From positions 201,769-265,768 of the forward strand of contig CAXXMR010000003.1 in NCBI GenBank assembly GCA_963663805.2: a stretch of 64,000 bases of DNA. Direction: 5' to 3'. Positions within the stretch are counted from its first letter, which is position 1. Every line of letters starts with the position of its first letter. The stretch is from Sedimentisphaerales bacterium. Its GTDB lineage: Bacteria; Planctomycetota; Phycisphaerae; Sedimentisphaerales; SM23-30. Positions 10,279 to 20,030 of this stretch are shown piece after piece. Below the pieces are notes generated by a model. The model was not told the DNA's origin. It saw only the letters and a program-made list of their open reading frames with translations, and did no database searches. A program made the translations under genes and the position numbers.

Positions 10279-11009
10279 TAAATATCAATCTTAGGGATAT
10301 TAGCGAAATATATCAGGGCATAAAAGAGCTCGGTGAGAAGCTAGGCAACCCTGCCGCTGCGGAGAGATTATGCAGTAAGATCAATAATGAACTGGAAACT
10401 ATAAAAAACAAACTATCTTCCGCGGAAAAGAAAAAGGTGTTTTTTTCCTTGTATCGTGTTCCCGGCACACTTGCAAGCATTACTACAGTTGGACCGGACA
10501 CTTTTTTGGGTGAGCTTATTGAAGTCGCAGGCGGAGTAAATATTTTTAGTGATTTGGAGCAGGATTATCCGGTGATTTCCAAAGAAAGCCTTCTCAAACG
10601 CCAGCCAGAAGTTATTATTGAACCATATCCCCATTCGGCCGGGACTAATTGTAATTCAAATGAGGCTTTAAAAGACTGGTCAAAACTTAGCAAACTAGAG
10701 GCTGTAATTAATAATAAACTTTATGTTATCGATGGAGATATTGTCCTGAAACCGGGTCCAAGAGTTGGGCAGGCGGCGTTTGAACTGGCCAAGATAATTC
10801 ATCCAGAGCTGTGTGATGAATCTCCAATTTGCAAACAACAATAATGTCAGTTACTCTTAGTCAAGCTTACATAAATAATGGATTGCATCAACGTGGAAAT
10901 AAACATCGGCGATAGTATTAACAGATCAGATAATTCAGACAAAAACACTATGTAAAAATAGTTGAGTTACTCTTGACACCGGGTTCCGGACAGATAACAT
11001 GAGGTTTTT

Positions 11010-11564
11010 ATGAAAATGCAATTACAGGTAAAAACTGCTGATTTATTAGAAAAAGGATATGTTCAGGTTTATACTGGAAACGGCAAAGGCAAAACAACAG
11101 CGGCCATCGGTCTGGCAGTTCGTGCCGCAGGTGCCGGACTTAGAGTCTTTTTTGCCCAGTTTATCAAAGGGATGCTTTATAGTGAAATTCAGGCGCTGGA
11201 GAGATTTTCAGAGCTTATTGCCGTCAAGCAATACGGCAGAGGGTGCTTTATCCAAAAAAATCCTGAACCACAGGACATCGAAGCGGCCTATTACGGACTT
11301 GAAGACATTATGGCGATAATGCAGGATGAAAATTATGATGTGGTCATTCTCGATGAAGCCAATGTGGCTGTCCAATGTAATCTTATCACTGTTGACGATC
11401 TACTTAGACTTGTAGATAATAAGCCATTTGCTATGGAACTAATTATTACCGGCAGATATGCCAAAAAGGAAATCCTGGAGGTTGCCGACCTCGTGACGGA
11501 AATGAAAGAGGTTAAACACTATTATCGAAACGGTGTTCAGGCACGAATCGGTATTGAAAAATAA
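11010..11564 (+). CDS. cobO: Cob(I)yrinic acid a,c-diamide adenosyltransferase
   Basis: VYTGNGKGKTTAA.G.A.RA.G, QFIKG, ILDE, ELIITGR, ADLVTEM..KHYY..G..AR.GIE. Confidence 0.95.
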   Translation: MKMQLQVKTADLLEKGYVQVYTGNGKGKTTAAIGLAVRAAGAGLRVFFAQFIKGMLYSEIQALERFSELIAVKQYGRGCFIQKNPEPQDIEAAYYGLEDIMAIMQDENYDVVILDEANVAVQCNLITVDDLLRLVDNKPFAMELIITGRYAKKEILEVADLVTEMKEVKHYYRNGVQARIGIEK

Positions 11565-11609
11565 ACCCTTTCTTCAGAGTATTTATGAGTAAAATAGTTT
11601 TTTCTGACA

Positions 11610-14402
11610 ATGAGTAAAATCTGTTTAATCGCATGTGGGGTGTTGGCCCCGGATATCCAGCAGATTGCTGAACAGCTCGAAATTGATATCGAGATGTTTT
11701 TTCTCCAGGCTGCTCTGCATGATAATCCTAGCAAGTTGAAAAATGACCTCCAGCATGAAATTTTCAGATTAAGTGAAGACGCTGAAGTTGAGAGGATTGT
11801 AATTGGTTATGGTTTATGCGGAACAGGTACGGTAGGAATACAAGCCGGCAGCACAAAACTGGTCATACCACGTGTTCATGACTGCATTTCCCTTTTTCTT
11901 GGTTCAGACGCAGCTTATAAATATCAATTTAAAAAATACCCCGGCACTTTTTATTTTACGCAAGGCTGGATTGATAAAGATGTACAGCCTTTGTCCCAAC
12001 AGGAAGCAACTGGTTGCTCTGTTGGTCCCAGAGCAATCGACGATGCAATAGCAAAGCAGCCTCAGGCTGAAAAAGAAAAACATATTCGTCAATTTTTTGA
12101 TAGTTGGAAAAAAAATTATCAGCGTTCAGTTTTTATTAATACCGGAGTCGGTAATCGGAAGCAGATTGAACAATACGCTAAGAATATGGCGGCGGAAAAT
12201 AATTGGGAATATGAGGAAATTAAAAGCGACAAGTCGCTGTTGGAAAGACTGCTGATCGCGGATAGAACAGATGACGATCTGCTTGTTGTGCCTCCCGGCC
12301 ACGTAACGATTTATGACCCATTAAGCGAAAAGCTCGACGCCGTCACTGCCGAATACACTAACCGAAAGGCGGGTGGCGCTTCGGTCATAACCAATATCTT
12401 CGGCAAAGACGAAGAAGGGCCCACTAAAGGATTAGGTATTGATGCCGGGGGAACATATACCGATGTAGTGGTGTTCGATTTCAGAAATCAGCATGTTCTT
12501 ACAAAAGCAAAGGCACTTACGACAAAATGGAATTATACAATAGGAATCAAACAGGCACTCGATAAAATTGATATTGAGTATTTGCGTGATATCGAACTAG
12601 TAAGTGTCTCCACGACACTTGCCACCAACGCCATAGTCGAACATCATGGCAGAAAGGTCGGATTGTTCCTGATGCCTCCAACGGGGCCTTTCAGAGTAGA
12701 TGAGATTGGTTACACGCCGGCAGCTATTGTGAAAGGAAGGATTTGCATTGAAGGATTCGTGCAGGAGAAAATTGATGCCGCACAGATAATAGTTATTGCG
12801 GATGATATGATTCGAAGCCATGATGTGAAAGCTTTCGCGGTTTCCGGATATGCCTCTACAGTTAATCCCGCCCATGAAATCGAAGTTAAAAAGCTGCTTT
12901 ATGAGCATACCGGCCTGGGGGTCACATGCGGCCATGAGCTCTCCCAGCTGCTTAATTTCAAAACCCGGGCAATCACAGCGGCACTGAATGCCAGAATTAT
13001 ACCCTATATCGAAAGCCTGCTCGGGAATCTTCAGGTCGCTTTAAAAGCAATAGATATTGACGTCCCAATCATGGTAGTAAAAGGGGACGGTACTTTGATG
13101 AGTATGAATCTGGCAAAGGAAAGACCTGTTGAGACAATTTACTCTGGTCCGGCGGCAAGTGTTGCTGGAGCGAAAAAACTGACCGGCCAAAAAGATGCCC
13201 TTGTTGTAGATATTGGAGGAACCACAACTGATACCGCTTCCATTCGTAATAACTCGGTGCTTATATGTTCTGAAGGAAGCGTCGTTGCCAATGCTCATAC
13301 ACACATCAAAGCGCTGAGCATGCGAACCAAAGGTCTCGGAGGAGACAGCGGCATTGATATCATTCAACAGTCTCTGTCAATTGGCCCGGTGCGGGTTCAT
13401 CCCTTTGCATATTTTGCACAGAAATATCCCGGAGCCGATCAGGCAATAAATTACATTGAAAAACATACAGAAAAATATATATGCGATACCAGACCCGCTC
13501 ATCTGCTGGCGCTGACTGAGCATCATGAATCTTTTCCATTGGAAGAGCATGAAAAAAAGATTCTCGAAGTTCTCAATGACAGACCCTATTCGGTATATGA
13601 GTTAGCTCAGGTGTTTGGAGTTGAATATTGGGAGATGGTAAGATATCAGAATCTTTTGAATCACAACATTATCTGTAAAAGCAGCCTGACGCCGACCGAT
13701 GTTCTCCATGCCATAGATAAAATGAGCCTTTGGGACCAATTAGCGGCCCAAAGAACATGTCGGATATATGCCCAAATCGCTCTTATGGAATATGAAGAAT
13801 TTATTTGTCATATTCAAACTTCTTTTACAAATGAACTTGCGAAAGAACTGTTTACAATGCTAATAAATCCGGAAGGGATGTTGGATCCAGTTGACAGCTT
13901 TCCGACAGGCAAAGAAATACTTTCAAGATGGCTGGACAGAAGCAACCATAATTTTACTCTTTCAGTAAAACTGAACTATCCTATTATCGGAATCGGTGCT
14001 CCCGCAAAGGCACTATTACCTGCTGCCGCCGAGTTTTTCAACACCAAATTAATTCTTCCGGAAGATGCCGATGTTGCCAACGCAATAGGAGCCATCACAA
14101 GTTCAATATCAATCACACATTCAATAAAACTCACAAATGATCAAGATGGCCAATATGTTATAGAAGGGTTACCGAACAATCCATCATTTAAAAATTACAA
14201 CGAAGCCCTTGATTTCGCTAATATAACACTTATCGAAATGGTTACGAACCTGGCTCATAAAGCCGGCACGATAAATCCTTCAATTCAAACAATCGCTGAA
14301 GATCAAATTGTGACAGCCGCAAATGGAACAAAGGTATTCCTCGGAACCATAATTACCGCTTCAGTGACCGGCCGACCGACCTTGAGGGCAAGGGAATCAT
14401 GA
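11610..14402 (+). CDS. DUF1638 domain fused to hydantoinase/oxoprolinase A-family domain
   Basis: N-terminal IACGV, LHDNP, GYGLCG, DCISLFLG, TFYFTQGW; then LGIDAGGTYTD, STTLATNA, SGPAASV.GA, VVDIGGTTTD, GLGGDS, ANAIGA. Confidence 0.8.
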   Translation: MSKICLIACGVLAPDIQQIAEQLEIDIEMFFLQAALHDNPSKLKNDLQHEIFRLSEDAEVERIVIGYGLCGTGTVGIQAGSTKLVIPRVHDCISLFLGSDAAYKYQFKKYPGTFYFTQGWIDKDVQPLSQQEATGCSVGPRAIDDAIAKQPQAEKEKHIRQFFDSWKKNYQRSVFINTGVGNRKQIEQYAKNMAAENNWEYEEIKSDKSLLERLLIADRTDDDLLVVPPGHVTIYDPLSEKLDAVTAEYTNRKAGGASVITNIFGKDEEGPTKGLGIDAGGTYTDVVVFDFRNQHVLTKAKALTTKWNYTIGIKQALDKIDIEYLRDIELVSVSTTLATNAIVEHHGRKVGLFLMPPTGPFRVDEIGYTPAAIVKGRICIEGFVQEKIDAAQIIVIADDMIRSHDVKAFAVSGYASTVNPAHEIEVKKLLYEHTGLGVTCGHELSQLLNFKTRAITAALNARIIPYIESLLGNLQVALKAIDIDVPIMVVKGDGTLMSMNLAKERPVETIYSGPAASVAGAKKLTGQKDALVVDIGGTTTDTASIRNNSVLICSEGSVVANAHTHIKALSMRTKGLGGDSGIDIIQQSLSIGPVRVHPFAYFAQKYPGADQAINYIEKHTEKYICDTRPAHLLALTEHHESFPLEEHEKKILEVLNDRPYSVYELAQVFGVEYWEMVRYQNLLNHNIICKSSLTPTDVLHAIDKMSLWDQLAAQRTCRIYAQIALMEYEEFICHIQTSFTNELAKELFTMLINPEGMLDPVDSFPTGKEILSRWLDRSNHNFTLSVKLNYPIIGIGAPAKALLPAAAEFFNTKLILPEDADVANAIGAITSSISITHSIKLTNDQDGQYVIEGLPNNPSFKNYNEALDFANITLIEMVTNLAHKAGTINPSIQTIAEDQIVTAANGTKVFLGTIITASVTGRPTLRARES

Positions 14403-15966
14403 ATAAAAAAGCAAAATGCATATCCATATTAGGAACAGGTTCTGATCAGGTTCTGATGTTGGGAAAAGTGTTATCACTGCTGCTCTATGCCGTATATTAA
14501 ATGATCAAGGTTTCAGGGTTGCTCCATTCAAAGCTCAGAATATGTCAAATAACTCTTTTGTTACAAAAAGAGGACATGAAATGGGGCGGGCACAAGTTGT
14601 TCAGGCCCAGGCCGCAAGAGTTGAAGCAACTTCCGATATGAATCCTGTATTACTCAAACCATGTACGGATACGGGAGCGCAAATCGTTCTTAATGGAAAA
14701 CCGTTCGGCAATTGCCTGGCCTCAGATTATTTTGCTGACACTAATTTCCTTTCGGAAAAAGCTCTTGAAAGTCTGGTTAGATTAAGAAGTGAATATGAAG
14801 TGGTTGTTATGGAGGGAGCAGGTTCCTGTGCTGAAATAAACTTAAGGGAAAGAGATTTTGTTAATTTTAGAATTTCGCATGCAGTAGATGCTTCAGTAAT
14901 TCTTGTCGCCGATATTGATAGAGGAGGTGTATTTGCTCAAATCATCGGTACGCTGAACATCATACCGCCAGAGGATCGCAATCTGGTCAAGGGAATCATT
15001 ATCAATCGTTTTCGAGGAGATGCCAAATTATTCGAAGATGGTATAAAATATATCGAACAAAAAACAAATCTGCCAGTCCTTGGCCTTGTCCCTTTTTTCT
15101 ATCATATCGAAATTGACTCTGAAGACAGTATGCCTGTCGAGACAATCATCGACCCGAAAGCTGGTCCCGCAAGAAATAAAATCAATATCGCCTGTATCCG
15201 GCTTCCGCATATATCAAATTTTACAGATTTCAATCCGCTGATCCGTGAAGATATCGTTAATTTTCATTATCTTTCGAAGCCTCGTAATCTGATTGGCTAT
15301 GACTTGCTGATTTTGCCCGGTAGCAAAAATGTCAGGAACGATATGCAATGGCTGACAGAAGCCGGTTGGATTGACGCGATTATGCAATATAGAAATACCA
15401 ATCGCAAAATTCTTGGAATATGTGGAGGTTATCAAATGCTTGGATTAACCATAGATGATCCAGCAGGAATTGAAGGTCAACCGGGACAAACCAAAGGTCT
15501 TGGGCTACTAGCGGTTGAAACAAAATTGCATCACGAAAAGATTACTACTCAAACTATTGGGGATTGGATAGGTTTTGAAAATATACATGTCACAGGTTAT
15601 GAGATACATATGGGGAAAACTACCCCGGTCGGCAAAGGAAAACCGGTAGTAGCATTAGAGAGCAGAAATGCAAAAATAATTAAAGCGTTTGACGGCTGGC
15701 AAACAGAGGACGAAAGAATACAGGGAGTTTACCTACACGGCCTATTTGATGAATCTGTTTTCAGGAGAGCTTTTTTATCGTTACTGAAACCTGAATTCGA
15801 CAGCTTGGAAAATCAAACAAAATCAATATCTTTGTTGGAATTTCGAGAAAAACAGTATGACCTCCTGGCTGAACATTTTAATAAATTTGTTGACATTCAA
15901 AAAATAACTGAAATATGCAATTTAAATTCTATTGGTGCTTACAATTATCAATTGGGAGCATTCTGA
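14399..15966 (+). pseudogene. cobQ: Cobyric acid synthase, frameshifted by an 11-bp tandem duplication
   Basis: ATG at 14399 overlaps the upstream stop; CAGGTTCTGAT is duplicated at 14436-14457. Removing one copy gives GTGSDVGKS..PFKAQNMSNN. Downstream MNPVLLKP, EGAGS.AE, DIDRGG, ISNFTDF, GICGGYQML, GYEIHMG, YLHG. Confidence 0.9.
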
Positions 15967-16140
15967 TGATGCTGACTGGACTGTTGTATCAGGTGAGGCT
16001 TACCAAGGAATCTACTCCGCTCAATCTGGCGACATAGATTATGGGCAGAAAAGCTCTATTGAATTTTCCATTGACACAACTGGATACAGTGAAATCAGTT
16101 TTCATAGAAAGGTTTCATGCGAATGTGATTGGGATTTTCT
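15945..16140 (+). pseudogene. Remnant of an extracellular beta-sandwich domain gene
   Basis: WTVVSGEAYQGIYSAQSGDI..SSIEF..ISFHRKVSCE.DWDFL reads like a secreted-protein domain, but has no start or signal peptide and degrades afterwards. Confidence 0.45.
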
Positions 16141-16261
16141 ACATCAAACATCAAGATGCGTTTTTGAGCAAGACAAGCCAAATTCCCATAGCCCTAGGAA
16201 GCATAAGGTATTGCATAATGGGCAATTGTGTGAGGCTAACATTTCTTCGAAGAATTGTTCT

Positions 16262-16310
16262 TTGACAAAACATTTTCACCCTGATAAAATTGCAATTATG
16301 TTGCATTTTT
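16262..16310 (+). promoter_or_regulatory. Sigma70-type promoter with adjacent palindromic operator (candidate Fur/Zur-family box)
   Basis: TTGACA 16262-16267, 17-bp spacer, TG-n-TAAAAT 16282-16290, then TGCAA-TTATG-TTGCA 16291-16305. Confidence 0.75.
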
Positions 16311-16336
16311 AACTAATAGAGACAGAAAAATATAAT

Positions 16337-16768
16337 ATGGATTGCCCTGAAAAAATATTGAAAGACCATGATTTCAATTGCACTAAAATGCAAATTGCAA
16401 CTCTCAATGTCCTTATTCAAACAGATCATCCTGTTGCAAGAAGGGATATTCTGCATGCTTTAGAGGACATGAATCCCGATAAGACCACGATCTATAGAAT
16501 CCTCGAAAGATTTTGCGAAAAAGGCTTAGTACATAAAGCTTATGTTGATAAGAGGGCATGGGAATATGAACTTGCTGACAAATGTACCGACCGCCAGTGT
16601 CATCCACATTTTAAATGCACTAATTGCGGAAAAGTCACTTGCTTATTTGATGCTCATGTACCTTTAGTGGAGGGCTTGGGAGAGGAATTCATTTTTCAGC
16701 GCCAAATGATAATGATCGAAGGTATCGGACCTGAATGTTCAAAAGTTTTTTTTAAGACGTGCGAATAA
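16337..16768 (+). CDS. Fur-family metalloregulator (Zur-like)
   Basis: DKTTIYRILERF..KGLVHK winged helix; HPHFKCTNCG; C-terminal GIGPEC. Confidence 0.85.
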   Translation: MDCPEKILKDHDFNCTKMQIATLNVLIQTDHPVARRDILHALEDMNPDKTTIYRILERFCEKGLVHKAYVDKRAWEYELADKCTDRQCHPHFKCTNCGKVTCLFDAHVPLVEGLGEEFIFQRQMIMIEGIGPECSKVFFKTCE

Positions 16769-17055
16769 AACAGAAACAATCTTTTTCATTTATAATACTG
16801 GCAATATTCATTGCTAATATTTCAGGTGCGCTGTTTTTCTGGCACATCGCAGCAGAAGGAGGCTACGAGCATCACGATTGTGATAACTGCCCAATCTGTC
16901 AGAATACGTTTATAAATTCTGCCAAGTTCTTAAATACATCATTTGTATTAACCACCTGCATCAATATATTGGAATATGCGATTGAGTATGATTCGAACGA
17001 CATGCTGACAATCCAGAGCATATCCAATATCATGCCAAGAGCTCCACCTGTTTAA
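16759..17055 (+). CDS. DUF2946-like small membrane protein with CxxC and C-terminal RAPP
   Basis: N-terminal TM helix, HHDCDNCPICQ, ends PRAPPV. Confidence 0.7.
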   Translation: MRIKQKQSFSFIILAIFIANISGALFFWHIAAEGGYEHHDCDNCPICQNTFINSAKFLNTSFVLTTCINILEYAIEYDSNDMLTIQSISNIMPRAPPV

Positions 17056-17329
17056 CCTGTTTTTTCCATAAACTTCGTCAAGAATAGCTGTAGAGTGCTA
17101 CAGATCAAGAGTTTGTCGCCGTGAGTGGTGCGAGGCGTATTGAAATACGTTGAGCTCCGCAAACAAGATAAAACCTTGAGATAGCGTGCTATACAACTTT
17201 GCAGTAGAAGATTTATGAAAAATGTAGGGTAATTCCCCTCTGTATCTTTTAGCAATTATAAACCATTATACAGAGTATGCTTGTACACATATTCTGCAAA
17301 CCAAACTTTAATTATGAGGAAAATAAGTA

Positions 17330-18124
17330 ATGAATCTTAAAATTGTTACCATGGTAATTTTGGCTTGTTGTGTTATTACAAATGTTAGCCTGGCAGACTG
17401 CCCGTTGGCTCATACTCACATTGGAGTCAATCCGACCTGGCGGCCTGACGGCGATCCGGTCTCAAGCGATGATAATCAACTTTGGTTCTTCTCGCTGCCG
17501 CCTGCTCATTCTGCTGGCACTCCCGGCTGGCCGAACTGGGAACAAGCCAATGGAGATGTATTCCTGCAGTTGGTACCTGTTTTAGAAAGCGGCAGTACGA
17601 TCCCGAAAGGTGATGGGTCAGGAAAACAGCTTTGGACATGTCAATTCATGTACAGCAAAGCCAACGGCTATGGTGATCCGGCGGGTACGCAGCATCTTGA
17701 CGGCTGGCATTCAGCTCACCCGGGTCATGGCATGTGGAACCTAGAAAGCATCGATGAACAAACAACCCCTGATTGGGAAATTCATCTTCAACGTGAAGCA
17801 ACGTCTGTTGCCTCAGATGATTTCTTTATGCTTTTACCCAATGACACGGCTGTTCTAACCACTGACGGATCTAATTACCAGCTGAATAAAATGTGGCTTT
17901 CGGATAAAAATGCCTGGGGAATTCATGAGCACATGAGTTTTAATTTCTGGCTTACGCCGGATATTGGCCAGGAAGTTACCGCAACTTTTTCGGCTTATGA
18001 TGCAGGAGGCCTGTACACGGCATCCGATGATTTTGATTTTGCCTTTGTAACGGTTCCCGAACCTACATCTTTGCTGCTTTTCAGCTTTGGAGTAATCCCC
18101 CTGCTAAGAAAGAAGCAGAAATAA
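17330..18124 (+). CDS. His-rich PEP-CTERM protein (cassette 2)
   Basis: Signal peptide; CPLAHTHIG, WHSAHPGHG, IHEH; tail VPEPTSLLLFSFGVIPLLRKKQK. Confidence 0.85.
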   Translation: MNLKIVTMVILACCVITNVSLADCPLAHTHIGVNPTWRPDGDPVSSDDNQLWFFSLPPAHSAGTPGWPNWEQANGDVFLQLVPVLESGSTIPKGDGSGKQLWTCQFMYSKANGYGDPAGTQHLDGWHSAHPGHGMWNLESIDEQTTPDWEIHLQREATSVASDDFFMLLPNDTAVLTTDGSNYQLNKMWLSDKNAWGIHEHMSFNFWLTPDIGQEVTATFSAYDAGGLYTASDDFDFAFVTVPEPTSLLLFSFGVIPLLRKKQK

Positions 18125-18892
18125 ATGCAACGTGTAAATAAAGATGGTTACAACCGGGGCAGTCTAGGCTGTCCCGGTTGTAATGCTATTTTCTGCCAAT
18201 CCAGAGGGTTTACTTTGGTTGAACTTTTGGTAGTAGTTGCAATCATTGCACTGCTGGTAAGTATCTTACTGCCTGCCCTAGGCCAGGCGAGGAAGCAAGC
18301 CAAAAAACTTGTATGCTCCAGCAATATGAGACAAATTGGAATTGCAATTAACGCATACACAATCGATAGTAAAAACCATCTTCCTCCAAGTTCCTGTCGT
18401 ATCTCGGATCCGGACCAGTACTGGCTTAAGGTTTTGTCAGATTATATAGATGGACAATTGCTGTTTCACTGCCCAAGCGATAAAGCCAATAACTTTGTCG
18501 ATTGGGACAAACCTTTAATTAAACAGAAGGATAAACGATATTCAAGTTTTTCTGTCAATGCTCTTTTAGACCCAGTTTGTTATAGATATGGGCATTCCGC
18601 AAACAGTTATAATCTGGTAGATAAAATCCGCAGGCCCATGAGCTGTATTTGGATAAGTGAAGCACCAAACACGGAAGCTTTTCTGTTGGCCGACCACATT
18701 CATCCGGAATCGTGGGAAGGGTCAGTTGATTATGCGAAAACATTTATCGCATGGGATCGTCATATGGGAAAATCGAATTATCTTTTTGCGGACGGGCATG
18801 TTGAAACACTGGAATTTGAAGAAACATACCAATGGCCCCGTACATGCTATTGGTACCCAGAATCGGCCCCAGCATGGCCTGACAATCCGTAA
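18125..18892 (+). CDS. Prepilin-type/DUF1559-like protein with H-X9-DG motif (cassette 2)
   Basis: [44 protein letters not shown]. Confidence 0.9.
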   Translation: MQRVNKDGYNRGSLGCPGCNAIFCQSRGFTLVELLVVVAIIALLVSILLPALGQARKQAKKLVCSSNMRQIGIAINAYTIDSKNHLPPSSCRISDPDQYWLKVLSDYIDGQLLFHCPSDKANNFVDWDKPLIKQKDKRYSSFSVNALLDPVCYRYGHSANSYNLVDKIRRPMSCIWISEAPNTEAFLLADHIHPESWEGSVDYAKTFIAWDRHMGKSNYLFADGHVETLEFEETYQWPRTCYWYPESAPAWPDNP

Positions 18893-18917
18893 CCCAAAAA
18901 CCCTAAGGGACAACAAT

Positions 18918-19703
18918 ATGAAAAAACATATATTTTTTTTCTTAATACTTACTTTGTCATTACTGAATGTTCAGGTTTATGGCGAATGTTCACTTGATCA
19001 CTTTATCATTGGCATAAACGAGGACAGTATTTCCGGTACTGATGATGACAATAAACTGTTCGTTGACTGTTGGCAAAAATATCGCCGTAGTGGTACGCCT
19101 TCATATGTTAACTGGTATTACCCTCTCTCCGAAAGTATCTTTTCCGGTTATAAATGGCGAATTGGTGAACCTGGATTTGATGGTTTCCAGGGAAGCAATC
19201 CTAATGGCGGCTACACTTATGACCCCAACCGATGTCTTGTCGGAACACCCGATCAGGATTACAGGATAATGATTGAATGTATTTCAATTTCTTCTGGTTT
19301 AAAGGCGGTCCATAAAGATATTCCCCAATTTACGATTGACCAGGCTGGCCAGTCTTTTAATCTCAGCAGTATTCATGGCGGTGATCCTCATATGCATTTT
19401 TCTTATCGAGCGGTTGATGGAACCAGTTTATTTTGGATTACATGGCAAATGTATGATGCCCTGGGCCAATATGAACCTTCAGAGCCTTTCACTATAGTAT
19501 TTAACACTGAACCATTGGCGGGCGATTTGGTCGTGGATGGCACGGTAGATATTAACGACCTGACCGCACTTAGTTACTATTGGCTCAGAGATGAAGGCTC
19601 GATCAGCAATGATTATTATGAACGAGCCGACTCAAACCGGGATGGAAAGGTAAACTTGCTGGATTTTGCCATACTCGCTTCAAACTGGCTTGAAACACTT
19701 TGA
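18918..19703 (+). CDS. Secreted His-containing protein with dockerin-like tail, paralog of 17330 (cassette 2)
   Basis: ATG 18918 gives signal peptide MKKHIFFFLILTLSLL; CSLDHFIIG, PHMHFSY; GDLVVDGTVDINDL..YWL and DSNRDGKVNLLDF..NWL. Confidence 0.8.
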   Translation: MKKHIFFFLILTLSLLNVQVYGECSLDHFIIGINEDSISGTDDDNKLFVDCWQKYRRSGTPSYVNWYYPLSESIFSGYKWRIGEPGFDGFQGSNPNGGYTYDPNRCLVGTPDQDYRIMIECISISSGLKAVHKDIPQFTIDQAGQSFNLSSIHGGDPHMHFSYRAVDGTSLFWITWQMYDALGQYEPSEPFTIVFNTEPLAGDLVVDGTVDINDLTALSYYWLRDEGSISNDYYERADSNRDGKVNLLDFAILASNWLETL

Positions 19704-20030
19704 AGTGACCCAATTGATTTATCAATACATAATATTTTGACTCTTAAGCCGATATTACTACCTGGACAGTTTGTACTGTATCCCGGAACCCGCTTGTGAC
19801 CTAAATATTAGTATCCCAAAACAATATTACTATTCAAATATATTTTCACACTTTTCCGTTTTTTGGCGAATATTCTTTAGGCTTCAGTAGCTGCTCAACC
19901 GGAAAAAATTGAAAATATCTGCGTCTCGAATACTTCTTTGAGCGAAACTGCAATAAACAATCCTGGAAAAAAAGTCTAACTCATGGAAATAAACATTATT
20001 ACCGGGATCAGAAAGCCCCAGTTTATATTA

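Larger units (their letters stand above)
8322..10844 (+). pseudogene. btuF: Cobalamin/helical-backbone ABC substrate-binding protein interrupted by IS66 (segments 8322-8687 and 10287-10844)
   Basis: RVISINPAATEIIFELG..CNYP..NPNFERI..PDLII before the IS; GPDTFLGELIEVAGG..PGPR after it. Removing the IS and one TSD restores the frame (KYINI|NLRDISEIY). Confidence 0.85.

Noticed and set aside
10185..10844. Stand-alone 219-aa ORF
   Set aside because: Its N-terminus is IS66 sequence; the rest is the 3' half of btuF.
14542..15966. Intact cobQ starting at 14542
   Set aside because: It lacks the P-loop; the true start is 14399 with a frameshift.
18657..18917. Long N-terminal extension of the 19703-ending ORF
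   Set aside because: It overlaps the prepilin gene; ATG 18918 yields a proper signal peptide.
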